In this document: in pieces, positions 41,577 through 52,927 of the stretch
Numbering within the stretch: position 1 is the first letter of the stretch
Layout of the letters: every line of letters begins with the position of its first letter
NCBI GenBank assembly: GCA_051971635.1
Contig: JBFPLN010000001.1
Span: 96,001-160,000 of the forward strand
Direction: 5' to 3'
Origin: Candidatus Atelocyanobacterium thalassae
GTDB taxonomy: Bacteria; Cyanobacteriota; Cyanobacteriia; Cyanobacteriales; Microcystaceae
Length of the DNA stretch: 64,000 bases
Program-made: the position numbers and the translations under genes
Notes under the pieces: model-generated
Database searches by the model: none
What the model was told of the DNA's origin: nothing
What the model saw: the letters and a program-made list of their open reading frames with translations, nothing else

Positions 41577-43043
41577 TTACCTTGTTTTAGGCAAAAAAGC
41601 CATTGGGTTTTGTGCGCCTCTTCCTCTAAGGTGAATCTCATAGTGAAGATGTGGTCCTGTACTATAACCAGTACTACCCATTTCGGCAATTTTTTGTCCC
41701 TGCTCTACCTTCTGTCCTCGCCGTACTAAAATTCTACTATTATGAGCGTATAAACTGATACTACCATCAGGATGGCGAACTCTAAGTAGATTTCCGTATC
41801 CGCCTGAACTCCATCCCGCACTTATAACTTCTCCAGAAGCTGAAGCCATGATAGGGGTACCAGTAGGAGCTGCAATATCTATACCTTTGTGCATTCTTCC
41901 CCAGCGACGCCCGAAACCTGAAGTTATTACTCCCTTACTTGGCCATATATGTCCAGAATATTTTGCAGGAGCACTAGGAAGATATTTATCGGGGTTAGAT
42001 ACTTTTGGAAGATTAGGCTTAATATCGGTCTCTAATGGAATTTGAAAAGTATTATTATAGACATCTACATAGTTAGGAACCACACCTATTAATTTAGGTT
42101 TTTGAACGTTAAATTGTGTTACGGCTCCACCTAAGTTTTTCTGATTTACGATTTTATTTAAGCTTGGAGGAGGTTCTTTATAACTAGGAAGTTTCGATTT
42201 TGTTATTTGAGACTGATTAATTGTCGTAAGGCTTTTAGAAATTTGATTCTCTTTTAGATATAAAATACTAAGACTTGATTCTTTAGACTGTTTGCTTTTG
42301 TCTACTGAAATTTGTTGTGGGATTACTAATGTTTGATTAACTCTTATAAAATTAACATCAGTAATATGGTTTGCACTTATTAACTCTGACGTCGAGATAC
42401 CATGATGACGGGCAATACTATTAAGAGTATCTCCTGGGCGAACTTTATAACTTTTCTTGTTTATAGCAATTAAAGATTGTGAAAATACTGAATTCAAATC
42501 TCCAATCAAAGTGATTTTTGGTGTAATTTCATGAGTATATGTGCCTCTAATATTCCCTGAAGTCTTTGGTTGTATTATTTTCGTTATATATCTAAATGGC
42601 GCAACAGCATTCTTAATTACTTGTGTGTTATTTAATTTAAAAAAATTATTAGAAACAACTTCATTTTCTTTATGAAAATTATTAATTAGCTTGTAGTCAA
42701 TATTTTTTGTTTTAGAATTAATACCTGTAGAGCTCTTAGGAATGATTTTTTGATTTAAATTTTTAATAGATGGAATTCTTATAATTGGTTCTGATTCAGG
42801 CTCAATAGTATCTATTTTGATACTTGATCTTGATAAATTTATAGCTGAAGCTATTTCAGTTTTAACTGTAAACATTCCTACACAAGTAGCCAAGCTAAAC
42901 ATGGCTAAAGAATGACAAAGGTTGTTTTTTTTGTTTGAGATTAATTTATTTTTGTATACCTGAGGGAAAAATATATTCTCTGATTTTATGTATTTTAACA
43001 AGTGAGAATATGCTGTTATTACTTTATCGGACTTATCTTTCAA
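41577..43043 (-). CDS. LysM/M23 peptidoglycan DD-endopeptidase (NlpD-like), TTG start
   Basis: LysM YKVRPGDTLNSIA; M23 HKGIDIA, YAHN, STGPHLHYE; GGAGG SD upstream. Confidence 0.92.
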   Translation of the reverse strand: MKDKSDKVITAYSHLLKYIKSENIFFPQVYKNKLISNKKNNLCHSLAMFSLATCVGMFTVKTEIASAINLSRSSIKIDTIEPESEPIIRIPSIKNLNQKIIPKSSTGINSKTKNIDYKLINNFHKENEVVSNNFFKLNNTQVIKNAVAPFRYITKIIQPKTSGNIRGTYTHEITPKITLIGDLNSVFSQSLIAINKKSYKVRPGDTLNSIARHHGISTSELISANHITDVNFIRVNQTLVIPQQISVDKSKQSKESSLSILYLKENQISKSLTTINQSQITKSKLPSYKEPPPSLNKIVNQKNLGGAVTQFNVQKPKLIGVVPNYVDVYNNTFQIPLETDIKPNLPKVSNPDKYLPSAPAKYSGHIWPSKGVITSGFGRRWGRMHKGIDIAAPTGTPIMASASGEVISAGWSSGGYGNLLRVRHPDGSISLYAHNSRILVRRGQKVEQGQKIAEMGSTGYSTGPHLHYEIHLRGRGAQNPMAFLPKTR

Positions 43044-43649
43044 GAATAACCTCCTAGCAGTGAACGAGCAATTTAAACTATTGAAAGTTTACTAGAATAA
43101 CTTTTTAATAAGTATATCTACTAACAAAAAGTAGTTTGACTTTACCAATTCAAACAATATGTATAGCAGATTTACCATGAAAAATCAACTTATTCTATTT
43201 TTTAGTAAGTAGTAACTAATTATAGTTTATTCAGAAAGTTTTTATCTATTGATAATGAACTACTTGCTAGTTCTACATTTATTGTTAACTTTTATTAGAA
43301 ATTCATAATTTGCCTAATCTAACATAGGTGACGATAAAATATATAAAATGTTTCGCTAGTATTTTATTATTTTCTAGAATGATGGATAGTCGAAGAATAA
43401 TGAAAATACTTGCTTACAGTCCTTTATGAAAAAACTTAATTGAATCGCTTTAACAAGTTACATAAAATAATAGCTAAACTACCAGATAAACTAAAATTTA
43501 ACTATACGAAAACCAGCTGTAAACATATGATATGAGTTCTCATAACAAATTTTAAAAAAGAGCATTTGTTATGTCTTTACTAATAATAAATATTGACTAT
43601 ATTGTTTATTTATCAAGCAACATTTTTTTAGATATTTCTGACCTATCAG

Positions 43650-44789
43650 TTAAAAAGTAAACAGCTTTTCTTCTAAGATCTTTTCCTGGCATGCTACAGC
43701 TTCTATTTCCCTACTAACAATTGAAGTAATACTATTACCTAATCGATATTTACGCAACCATTGCTGAGCAAGATTTCCATCTCGTAAAATTTTTTTTATA
43801 GGAGTTAGAAAACAGCTAAATCCATTCTGTTCCGCAATAGGAAAGACCTCTTGATACAGTTTTTCAATCCATTCTTTTGTCTCAATTTTGTTACCATCTT
43901 TCCAGTTATACAACTTAGCATTCAAGCTACGTTTTGCTACTTCTAATTCATTCTGTTGAGTGATATAAAGTAATGATTCAACTGATAGTTGGCTTTTTAA
44001 GAGAGGATTTAGGGATGCAGGATTTTTTATTAACTGTAAAAGACGTGCTTCCAATAACGCAACAACAGATAGTAAAGAAACTGGATCAATTATCAAATCA
44101 CAAATTCTTAGCTCTAAGCGGTTTAAATTATAAGGACGTTCATGTCCATTTGGCCTTACTGAACTCCAAAAATGGCGAACATTTTGCATATTTTGAAGAG
44201 CTAACTGCTTTTCTGTCCAATCGATAAAATGAGCATGACTAATAAAAAAAGGAACTTTTTGGGGAGTTTGTGGAAACATATGCCAACGAGTTGAATGAAA
44301 GCCTGTAACTTCTCCATCAAGAAAAGGAGAAGATGCACTTAAAGCTAAAAAAAGAGGTGCTTCAACTCTTATTAAACTATAGGCATGCATCAACATTTCT
44401 GGATCATTGATTCCTATATTAATATGAATACTTGCTGTTACGACATCCGTTCCATAAGTATTCTCAATATAGCTATGGTAAGAATTTTTAGGATCAGAAC
44501 GGTAGAACCGATTAATGTTATCTCCTAAAGACAAAGTACTTCCTGGCACTACAGTATAGTCACCTATGTCTTCCAAATACTTTCTTAAACGTCTTCGTGG
44601 ATTAATCAAAGCGTATAATAAATTATCGTAATATAGCAAAGGTACAGTAATATACTCGACATTACGACTATCAGGCTCTTTTACGAATCCATTTAGCTCT
44701 TTAGTAATACGATCAGATAATCCTACAATTTTTCCTTGGGATGTGCCTGTATATATCTCGACTTCAATACCCTTAGATAATCGCATCAT
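43650..44789 (-). CDS. gshA: Glutamate-cysteine ligase, cyanobacterial type
   Basis: LSKGIEVEIYTG, EPDSRNVEY, VVTASIHINIG, SASSPFLDG, LNRLELRICD. Confidence 0.92.
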   Translation of the reverse strand: MMRLSKGIEVEIYTGTSQGKIVGLSDRITKELNGFVKEPDSRNVEYITVPLLYYDNLLYALINPRRRLRKYLEDIGDYTVVPGSTLSLGDNINRFYRSDPKNSYHSYIENTYGTDVVTASIHINIGINDPEMLMHAYSLIRVEAPLFLALSASSPFLDGEVTGFHSTRWHMFPQTPQKVPFFISHAHFIDWTEKQLALQNMQNVRHFWSSVRPNGHERPYNLNRLELRICDLIIDPVSLLSVVALLEARLLQLIKNPASLNPLLKSQLSVESLLYITQQNELEVAKRSLNAKLYNWKDGNKIETKEWIEKLYQEVFPIAEQNGFSCFLTPIKKILRDGNLAQQWLRKYRLGNSITSIVSREIEAVACQEKILEEKLFTF

Positions 44790-45404
44790 ATTCCTCTAAT
44801 GTTTTGGATTTTTGGATTCTCTTATTATTTACTTATTATCAATGATTTTATCAATAACTACTAATTATTTATGACGGTTTTCTTCATTAGTAATATTTAT
44901 TAAATAAAACTTGATATATTTTGAACTGGTTTAAAACTTATTTGCAATTAACCACTAATAATTATCTTCATTAGTAAAAAGCGTGTTACTGTTTTAGATT
45001 ACTTTTTTGATAATAGTACTAAGATGTGAATTAAAAATACTTTTTTTCATTAAAGTCTGTTGATATTGATCGAGACTTCATAAAAAAGTTTCATTTAAAA
45101 TGCGATTGTTTAAGAAGATATATTGCTAGTAATTTTGGTTGGATAAACGTAAAAAAGAATAATAAGATCAGATCTTTCTTTCACCACAGCACCATTAGCA
45201 TAATTTTCTCAAAGTTTTTTTAAATGAAAAAAATGATAGGAATTAATTATATGGATATAACAAAGATCTCTATCAAGATTATCATAGTCAAACTTACATA
45301 TTCACTAATTTAATAGTTTTAAAAATAAACTTTTAAATTAGCAAATCATATCTGAAGTCTTAAACCTATTCTTATAAAGCTTTATTATTGAATAATTAAC
45401 TAGT

Positions 45405-45412
45405 GCGATCGC
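45405..45412. repeat. HIP1 octamer
   Basis: GCGATCGC. Confidence 0.85.
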
Positions 45413-45724
45413 TTTTGTTAAAAAAGTATAATCAATTTAGGATAATTATTATTAGATAATTTTTTTTGAAAAATCTTAAACATAACAAGTTCTAATTGAA
45501 TCTTTTAGTTCTTTGGTTGCTAATTTAATAACAATTTAAAAATAAGTTCTAAAAATTGGATGATCTAAATTGAACTTAGTGCCAGGAATGATAGATTCTT
45601 AATAATCCAGAAAATAAATAGGTATTAACTGAAAAATTAATACCTTGTTTTTGCTCTAGGATATCTGTAACCTTCTCAAGGTAAAATGAAATTGAAAAAT
45701 CATAATGAGTAATTGAGAATATAC

Positions 45725-47197
45725 ATGAAAATTCATGGAAAGAATACCTCTTTATTAGATTGGACGGGGGATGCAATTGCTATTGGCCTATTTGAAAACG
45801 AAATAAATTTAATAGGAGAACTAGATCAGTTAAATAAAAAAACAGAAGGAATCATACAGGAATTAATAGATGAGACAAGATTTGAAGGAAAGTTAGGTTG
45901 TATTGTAGCAACTCGTATTGGTGGTAATACTCTTATTCGCAAGGTATTTTTGATTGGCTTAGGAAAATCCCAAGAATTTATACCAAATAGTTTACGCTCA
46001 AATATCGCTTCTATTGCTCGCTGCGTGAGAAAAGAACACATTAAAACTCTATGTTTAAAATTTCCTACTTTTGATAATAACCCTAGTTTGACTACAGAAA
46101 TAATCGTTGAAGGGCTATTATTGTCCCTACATCAAGATAACCGGTTTAAATCTAATTCAGAGGATAAACTTTTAGAATTACAAACTATTGATATTTTAGG
46201 GATCGGAGAACAAGTAGAAGCTATTAATCATGCTGAAATAGTCTGTTCTGGAGTAATTATGGCGCGGGAATTGGTAAATGCTCCTGCTAATTATATAAAT
46301 CCTATAACTTTTACCAAAGTTGCCGAAGAATTAGCAGGTGAATACAATTTAACAATTGATATTTTAGAACGAGATGAATGTGCTAAGCTTGGGATGGGGG
46401 CGTTCTTAGGGGTTGCACAAGCATCAGATTTCCCACCTAAATTCATCCATTTGACGTATAAGCCAGAAGAGATACCTACGCGAAAGATAGCTATAGTAGG
46501 CAAAAGTTTAACTTTTGATTCAGGAGGACTTAATTTAAAAAGTTCTAGCAGTGGAATTGAAGTAATGAAAATGGATATGGGGGGTGGCGCAGCTACTTTA
46601 GGTGTTGCTAAAGCTATTGCTCAACTGAAGCCTAATATAGAAGTACACTTTATCTGTGCTGTCACGGAAAATATGATTAGTGGATGTGCAATACACCCTG
46701 GTGACATATTAACTGCATCTAATAGTAAAACTATTGAAGTTAACAATACAGATGCTGAAGGACGCTTAACTTTGGCAGATGCTCTAATATTTGCTGAAAA
46801 GTTAGAAGTGGATGCTATCTTGGATATAGCGACTTTAACTGGTGCTTGTGTCGTAGCTTTAGGAGATAATATTTCTGGACTATGGAGCACAGACAATAAT
46901 TTAATTAATGAAATAAAAACTGCATCAGAAAGATCGGGAGAACATTTTTGGCAGATGCCTATGGAAGATAAATACTTTGAAGGCTTAAAATCTCCTATAG
47001 CTGATATGAAAAATACAGGACCAAGAGCTGCAGGAGCAATTACAGCAGCTTTGTTTTTAAAACAATTCGTTGAAAAAACTCCTTGGTTACATATAGATAT
47101 AGCTGGAACAGCCTGGATTGATAAAGAAAATGGGATCAACAATGTTGGAGCAACTGGTGTCCCGGTACGTACAATTGTCAATTGGCTTGTTAACTAA
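45725..47197 (+). CDS. pepA: Leucyl aminopeptidase (M17); likely start ATG 45725
   Basis: [38 protein letters not shown]. Confidence 0.95.
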   Translation: MKIHGKNTSLLDWTGDAIAIGLFENEINLIGELDQLNKKTEGIIQELIDETRFEGKLGCIVATRIGGNTLIRKVFLIGLGKSQEFIPNSLRSNIASIARCVRKEHIKTLCLKFPTFDNNPSLTTEIIVEGLLLSLHQDNRFKSNSEDKLLELQTIDILGIGEQVEAINHAEIVCSGVIMARELVNAPANYINPITFTKVAEELAGEYNLTIDILERDECAKLGMGAFLGVAQASDFPPKFIHLTYKPEEIPTRKIAIVGKSLTFDSGGLNLKSSSSGIEVMKMDMGGGAATLGVAKAIAQLKPNIEVHFICAVTENMISGCAIHPGDILTASNSKTIEVNNTDAEGRLTLADALIFAEKLEVDAILDIATLTGACVVALGDNISGLWSTDNNLINEIKTASERSGEHFWQMPMEDKYFEGLKSPIADMKNTGPRAAGAITAALFLKQFVEKTPWLHIDIAGTAWIDKENGINNVGATGVPVRTIVNWLVN

Positions 47198-47256
47198 ACT
47201 GATATGAGTAACCTATAAATTAAGTAACCAAGTTGTAGTTGTACTTAATTTTTAGT

Positions 47257-49278
47257 TTATCTTATTTCCGCAATTGCTCCTTTAGCCATTTGTGCTATTG
47301 CTTTATCTGTAGCTGTAGGTAGTTGGTAATATGTACCTCCTGCAGTTGCAGCCAGTTCCTTCCCGAACCCTGTAGAAACAAATTTTTTCTCAGTATCTAT
47401 CACCAATAATTTAATACCTAACATTTTGATTTTACCGGCAATATTTAATAATTCTTCCTTAATATTAGGTTTATCTTCTTGTGATACCTCTTCACCTAAA
47501 GAACGAGACAGTGAAATATTTCCTCGACCATCAGTAATAGCAACAATTACTACTTGACCAATATCGCCCGACATTTTAGCATTCATACCTACCCTAACTG
47601 CCTGAGTTAAGCCATGAGCTAATGGAGAACCTCCACCACAAGGTAAAGTTTCTAATCTTTTTCGTGCAAGAGAAATTGAACGAGTTGGAGGCAACAAAAC
47701 ATCAGCTTGTTCTCCTCTAAAAGGAATTAGTGCAATTTGATCCCTATTTTCATACGCTTCTGTTAAAAGTCTCATAACTGCACCCTTAGCTGATTGCATC
47801 CTATTAAGAGCCATCGAACCAGAGGCATCTACAACAAAGATAATTAGTGCGCCGGCCTTTCTAACTAAGCGTTTAGAACGAATATCTTGTTTCTCAACAA
47901 TAACATTACGCTCAGGGTGACGTAAACGTCGCTTTTTTTGATACGGAGCAGCTACCCTCAAAGTTGCATCAACAGCTATCCGATTTACTTTACCTTTAGG
48001 TAACATAGGTTTGACATAACGTCCTCTATCATTAGAAAAGATTAAGTTACGGCTTCCTGACTTCCCTTGATTTTGGGACTTTTGGGCAAAAGATAATACA
48101 TCAGTATCTATAATGGCTCCTTCAATATCAAAAACAAATTCTTGAGGTACTTCTAGATTTTGCTCTTCTTTCTCATTATTGTCTTCTTCATTATTATCTT
48201 CTGGATTTTCTTCGTTTTCTTCTTGCTCATTAGAGCTTTGCGGCTCTTTAGATGGAGGTGGAGGCGGAGAGTTGCTTTCTTCAGGAGTCTCTTGCATACT
48301 TGAACGAGGAACAATTACTAGCTCTACTGCTTTTCTTAAATCATCAGTACTAACTATATCATTACCGTTCAGTGCGGCTAAAGCTTTTGCAACTTGCGTA
48401 GCAAATATTTCAGCTCTATGCCCTTCAACTCCCCCTCTAAGTGATTCCTCTACTAAATATTGAATTTGGTTACTTTTTATTTTTACTTCCTTTAGCCATT
48501 CTCTAGCCAATATAATATCAGTTTTAATACTATCTAACTCTTCATTATACTTTTTGCTAAATAGTTCTGAAGAATTAGAATAATCAATAACTTGGTTAAC
48601 AGCCTCTACTCGTTGTTCAAGTTTCAACGTACTATCAGAAGAAAGAGCAATTGCTATCCTATCTAATATGTGTTTTCTTAAAGAGCCTTCTTCAGGATTA
48701 TAAGTTGCAATAATAATAGGCTTACAAGGATGCTGAAAACTAATACCTTCTCTTTCAACTTTATTCCAACCTTCTGTTAAAACGGTTAATAATTGATTAG
48801 AGACTTGATCATCTAATAAATTAATTTCGTCAATATATAAAACTCCGCGATGAGCCTGTGCTAGTAACCCAGGTTGAAAAACTGGCTCTCCTGTTTTAAT
48901 AGAGGCTTCTACATCTATTGAGCCTAATAATCTATCTTCTGTTACGCCAAGAGGTAATTGAATGAAAGGGACAGGAATAATTTCTGTAGCAATGGAATCT
49001 AACTCAACATGTAAATATTTTTCTTGTGTATCGGAATCCCATTCTTCAGGAATATTATATTCACAATTAAAAGAATTATTTTTTATTCGTTCGATAGGAG
49101 GTAACAGAGAGTGGATTCCTCTAGCAAGTACTGATTTTGCTGTTCCTCGGCGGCCGGCGATAACTACACCACCTAATTTTAAATCTACTGCTGCTAACAA
49201 TAAGGCTAATTTAATAGATTCTTGTCCAATAACAGCAGTCATGGGAAAACTGGGAGGCGCAGAAATAGGAGTAGACAT
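47257..49278 (-). CDS. chlD: Magnesium chelatase subunit D
   Basis: AAA-like domain GRRGTAKS, Pro/acidic linker, v[16 protein letters not shown]. Confidence 0.96.
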   Translation of the reverse strand: MSTPISAPPSFPMTAVIGQESIKLALLLAAVDLKLGGVVIAGRRGTAKSVLARGIHSLLPPIERIKNNSFNCEYNIPEEWDSDTQEKYLHVELDSIATEIIPVPFIQLPLGVTEDRLLGSIDVEASIKTGEPVFQPGLLAQAHRGVLYIDEINLLDDQVSNQLLTVLTEGWNKVEREGISFQHPCKPIIIATYNPEEGSLRKHILDRIAIALSSDSTLKLEQRVEAVNQVIDYSNSSELFSKKYNEELDSIKTDIILAREWLKEVKIKSNQIQYLVEESLRGGVEGHRAEIFATQVAKALAALNGNDIVSTDDLRKAVELVIVPRSSMQETPEESNSPPPPPSKEPQSSNEQEENEENPEDNNEEDNNEKEEQNLEVPQEFVFDIEGAIIDTDVLSFAQKSQNQGKSGSRNLIFSNDRGRYVKPMLPKGKVNRIAVDATLRVAAPYQKKRRLRHPERNVIVEKQDIRSKRLVRKAGALIIFVVDASGSMALNRMQSAKGAVMRLLTEAYENRDQIALIPFRGEQADVLLPPTRSISLARKRLETLPCGGGSPLAHGLTQAVRVGMNAKMSGDIGQVVIVAITDGRGNISLSRSLGEEVSQEDKPNIKEELLNIAGKIKMLGIKLLVIDTEKKFVSTGFGKELAATAGGTYYQLPTATDKAIAQMAKGAIAEIR

Positions 49279-49465
49279 TAAGAATTTTGTATTTTAAAAA
49301 AGGACAAAGTAATTTTTATTTATTATCTATGATAATCATACTCTGAAAATTTTTAACTAAAAAATAGTTTTTTGTAATGTTTTTTGAGATTTTATATTTT
49401 GATACTTAATTAATTTTTAATATATGAAGCCATACTACATGCAACACGAGCATAATGTAGTTATT

Positions 49466-49512
49466 AAATGAATATTATCTTTATTTTTAATAAATAAAGA
49501 TAATATTCATTT
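49466..49512. repeat. Perfect 21-bp inverted repeat between divergent chlD and TPR gene
   Basis: AAATGAATATTATCTTTATTT-TTAAT-AAATAAAGATAATATTCATTT. Confidence 0.9.
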
Positions 49513-49612
49513 GTGAGTTTTAAATCATAAAAACCTAAGTAAATAAATTATTATAATCACGTACAATAATCTTAAAGATCCATCTGCAATTACAAAAGAT
49601 TACAAAATCAAT

Positions 49613-50731
49613 ATGTATAGTCTGCTTGAGCATTTTCCTAAGTTAATAAAACAATTCCGTGTCAAGTTGCACAATCTACGTTTTTCATACACAAAGCAAA
49701 ATGAAAAAAATGTAAAGCTATCATCTTCAAACATTCTGAATGATAGTGACTATGAATTTTTATTTAATCAACTATTAGATGGTGTTACGCATGGATGGCA
49801 TGAAGGAAGAATTCTTAAATATTTTGAAGATTTGGAAGAAAGAGGAAAAGCAAAATTGTGGGTATTATGGCTAAATAATTTTAGAGAAAAGGTCCTGTTA
49901 TCTGAAAATTCTGATCTACATCTTGCATCAAAAATGATGCGGCTTGGTGAATTAGCTCAATCTTTTCCCTCGATTGAATCTATTGGAAAGATTTCTTATG
50001 ATATTGGTCAAGAACTTTATGTGAAAAAAACAAAAAGTGAAACTTGGGGGTATATAGACGTTGAAACTTTAAACCTCACAAATAATATTTTAACAGAACC
50101 AATTTTCCCTTCCATATCATTTAAAGAAGAATCTTTAATAGTTGACGATTTAGAACATGTCGTCTTACAAGATGAAGATCTTGTGATTGACTCACCTAAT
50201 AAATCAATTTCTAATCTGGTAAATTCTCAAAGTTTAACTGCAGATACGTCTGCACTGTCTAAAAATTATTTTAAAAGAGGAATGGAAAAATTTAGTTTGA
50301 GAGATTGGGGAGAAGCTATTTTGTTATTGGACAAGGCTCTAGCAATTAATCCTTCTTTTTCTATTGCATGGTACAACCGAGGTAAAGCACTGAGATATTT
50401 AGGAGATAATGATCAGGCAGTTTCAAGTTTTAATAATGCTTTAACTCTCGATCCTCAAAATATAGATTTTCTTGATGCTAAAGCCCAGCTTTTGTATGAC
50501 TTACAAAATTGGTCTGAATCTATCAAAATATGGGATCAAATTTTAAATATTCAACCTTCTAATTATAAGGTTTGGTACAATAAAGGTAGATGTTTAGAAT
50601 CTATGAAACAAATTTCTAAAGCGATAGACAGCTACAAAAAAGCTTTAAAAATAGTCCCTAATCTTAAGCCAGTTTTGAAGCGACTTCGAAAATTGTATGA
50701 TATTAAACATAGTTTCCAAACTATAGATTAA
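49613..50731 (+). CDS. TPR repeat protein
   Basis: N-term DYEFLFNQLLDGV.HGW motif; about four C-terminal TPRs (AWYNRGKAL, VWYNKGRCL). Confidence 0.85.
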   Translation: MYSLLEHFPKLIKQFRVKLHNLRFSYTKQNEKNVKLSSSNILNDSDYEFLFNQLLDGVTHGWHEGRILKYFEDLEERGKAKLWVLWLNNFREKVLLSENSDLHLASKMMRLGELAQSFPSIESIGKISYDIGQELYVKKTKSETWGYIDVETLNLTNNILTEPIFPSISFKEESLIVDDLEHVVLQDEDLVIDSPNKSISNLVNSQSLTADTSALSKNYFKRGMEKFSLRDWGEAILLLDKALAINPSFSIAWYNRGKALRYLGDNDQAVSSFNNALTLDPQNIDFLDAKAQLLYDLQNWSESIKIWDQILNIQPSNYKVWYNKGRCLESMKQISKAIDSYKKALKIVPNLKPVLKRLRKLYDIKHSFQTID

Positions 50732-50752
50732 AGTAGTTGAATAATTTTTTTT

Positions 50753-51403
50753 ATGGACTCTCAATTACGTGTATATGTCCCCGATCATCCTCTAATTAAG
50801 CATTGGCTAGGAATAGCTCGAGATATTAATACTCCAAATATTTTATTTAAAACAGCTATAGTCGAAATTGGTCGTTGGTTAACTTATGAAGCAACTAGAT
50901 ATTGGTTTCCCATTATAGAAACAACTGTTCAAGGAACTTTAAGTACTTCCTCAATAGCACTAATTAATTCTCAAATACCAATTGCTGTTGTTCCTGTTCT
51001 TCGTACAGGACTAGTTTTATTAGAAGGAGCGCAAACCTTACTTCCTTTGGCTAATATTTATCACCTTGGACTTGAAAAGGATAGTAAAAACTCAGAAATA
51101 ACTTGTTATTTGAATAAACTACCTCAAAGGTTTACAGAATCAACTCAAATAATCATTCTAGACCCCGTTCTTGATACAGGAGAACGAATTATGAAAACAT
51201 TGTCAGAGCTTGTTCAACGTGGAGCAGACTTGGGCTTAGTGCGTATTATTTCTGTAGTTGTTACTCCTAAAGCATTACAAAAATTAAATCTTCAATATCC
51301 TGTTTTAAATATTTATACTGCTGCTATTGATGAGAAAATTGATGACAGTGGTAATATTATCCCTGGATTAGGAGATGTTGAGAATAGAGCTTTTGGAAGT
51401 TAA
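50753..51403 (+). CDS. upp: Uracil phosphoribosyltransferase (divergent motifs)
   Basis: QLRVYVPDHPLIKHWL, GRWLTYEA, VPVLR.G, IIPGLGD. Confidence 0.88.
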   Translation: MDSQLRVYVPDHPLIKHWLGIARDINTPNILFKTAIVEIGRWLTYEATRYWFPIIETTVQGTLSTSSIALINSQIPIAVVPVLRTGLVLLEGAQTLLPLANIYHLGLEKDSKNSEITCYLNKLPQRFTESTQIIILDPVLDTGERIMKTLSELVQRGADLGLVRIISVVVTPKALQKLNLQYPVLNIYTAAIDEKIDDSGNIIPGLGDVENRAFGS

Positions 51404-51408
51404 AAAAA

Positions 51409-51450
51409 TTATTTCAGGTTAGTCTTTTAGTAAAGACTAACCTGAAATAA
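51409..51450. terminator. Perfect 19-bp hairpin after upp
   Basis: TTATTTCAGGTTAGTCTTT-TAGT-AAAGACTAACCTGAAATAA. Confidence 0.7.
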
Positions 51451-51600
51451 AGAAAAAAATAGCAAAAGTCAAAATTAGTAACTACTATAGAGTTTCAAAA
51501 TTATAATTTTCCTGCCTCCTAACAGTAAAGTTTTGTAGTCACTGAGTTAGGAGTATTTTTACCTTAATTTTGTTGAGATTGATTTTTTTCATAAAAAAGG

Positions 51601-51630
51601 TTGCCAAAAATATCATTTTATTGTTAAGAT
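51601..51630 (+). promoter_or_regulatory. Promoter of tRNA-Asn
   Basis: TTGCCA-18nt-TAAGAT with extended TG, 16 nt before the tRNA. Confidence 0.6.
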
Positions 51631-51646
51631 TACTGAGTGGTTTTAA

Positions 51647-51718
51647 TCCTCAGTAGCTCAGTGGTAGAGCGGTCGGCTGTTAACCGATTGGTCGTAGGTT
51701 CGAATCCTACCTGGGGAG
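51647..51718 (+). tRNA. trnN: tRNA-Asn (GTT)
   Basis: TCCTCAGTAGCTCAGTGGTAGAGCGGTCGGCTGTTAACCGATTGGTCGTAGGTTCGAATCCTACCTGGGGAG. Confidence 0.97.
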
Positions 51719-51752
51719 TCTCTTTACTAATATCCCGACTAACGATTTAATT

Positions 51753-51789
51753 TATACCAGCATGTCTTAAGATATGCTGGTATATTTTT
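51753..51789 (+). terminator. Terminator after tRNA-Asn
   Basis: TATACCAGCATGTC...GATATGCTGGTATA then TTTTT. Confidence 0.75.
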
Positions 51790-51848
51790 GTTATAAAAAT
51801 ATGGTATTTAATGTATTTTAAAAATTATGGTACAAAATTGAATAAATA

Positions 51849-51990
51849 TGTTATACTCAAGCTCGAGAAACCTAAGTATTCGGTAGTAGATTTTGTTATC
51901 AGCATTGACGGGTATACCCCTTTCAGCCTTTGTACGATTCTCTCCGATCACTCAATCTCTACACATTTGCAAATTACGGAGATAATCTGA
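51849..51990 (+). promoter_or_regulatory. Extended -10 and conserved rbp 5'UTR boxes
   Basis: TGtTATACT (51849); TTCGGTAGT (51879), TTTTGTTATCAG (51891), TCTCCGA (51941), CGGAGA RBS (51977). Confidence 0.75.
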
Positions 51991-52278
51991 ATGTCTATTT
52001 ATGTAGGAAATCTATCCTATGATGTAACTAAAGAAGACCTTAACGAAGTTTTTACAGACTACGGTGAGGTCAAGCGTGTTCATATTCCAACAGATCGTGA
52101 TACTGGACGTATGCGTGGCTTCGCTTTCGTAGAAATGAATTCTGACGATCAAGAAGAGCAAGCCATCTCTACTCTAGATGGAGCAGAATGGATGGGACGT
52201 ACTTTAAAAGTAAACAAAGCTAAAGAACGTGAGCCTCGTGGCTCCTTCAATGGTGGTAGAGGACGTGGACGCTTCTAG
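51991..52278 (+). CDS. rbp: RRM RNA-binding protein with Gly/Arg-rich tail (RbpA-type)
   Basis: MSIYVGNLSY, RGFAFVEM, GAEWMGR, GGRGRGRF tail. Confidence 0.96.
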   Translation: MSIYVGNLSYDVTKEDLNEVFTDYGEVKRVHIPTDRDTGRMRGFAFVEMNSDDQEEQAISTLDGAEWMGRTLKVNKAKEREPRGSFNGGRGRGRF

Positions 52279-52300
52279 AGATAAGCGACACTAAACTACT

Positions 52301-52347
52301 AAACAAATAGGAGTAGGGAATTTAGGTTTCCTACTCCTATTTGTTTT
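52301..52347 (+). terminator. Terminator after rbp
   Basis: AAACAAATAGGAGTAGG...CCTACTCCTATTTGTTT 17-bp stem. Confidence 0.8.
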
Positions 52348-52927
52348 AAACTTTTACTTTTGTTAGTTACCTATAACTATAACCAATTAAGTCTATACTA
52401 ATTAAAATAATTCCTTCTTGCTATTCAAGATTTATATATCATAGCCATCAAAAGTGATATTATTTTAGATTTAGAATATTTCGCTTAAATAGCAAACATA
52501 AAATTAATTACTTACTATTAGAATATTTCTTAAGTTCTACTCTTTGAATATAAAAATCTGAGTTTCTTTCTTTAGTTAAATTATTCTATAAACTATATTA
52601 TCGTAATTATTTTTACTGTAATATACAGGACATCTTAATAAAGATAAGTACTTGAAAATAATACTCACACCATATAAATAATGGAACTTTGGCCCAAAAA
52701 AAACGTCTGGGACTAAACGAAAATCATTTTATAAGATTAAAGAATTAAGTTTATTTTGAAGATATCTAATACCATTTGAAATTAAACATTGATCTCTAAA
52801 TTAGTTAAATTTTTTAAAATGTAACACTATCTTACAAGCTTACTAATAAGCTTAAATATCTTTTATATCTAACCTTATATTAGAAACTAACTGAAAACAT
52901 ATTTAATTTTAATTGGAAAATATAATT

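Noticed and set aside
43044..43649. Possible trmL remnant between gshA and the M23 gene
   Set aside because: No recognisable TrmL motif on manual translation; may simply be the M23 promoter/leader
44790..45724. Possible pseudogene relic in the long gshA-pepA gap
   Set aside because: Short open stretches exist but I could not match them to any protein family by eye
46291..47181. Minus-strand ORFs of 70 and 186 aa
   Set aside because: Antisense to pepA; codon-mirror artefacts, like other short track ORFs inside prfA, miaB, ycf46, htpG, chlD and murJ
48170..48290. Pro-rich/acidic low-complexity tract
   Set aside because: Standard ChlD linker
52821..52835. NtcA-like GTA...TAC site
   Set aside because: Spacer is 9 nt rather than 8, and such matches are common in AT-rich DNA
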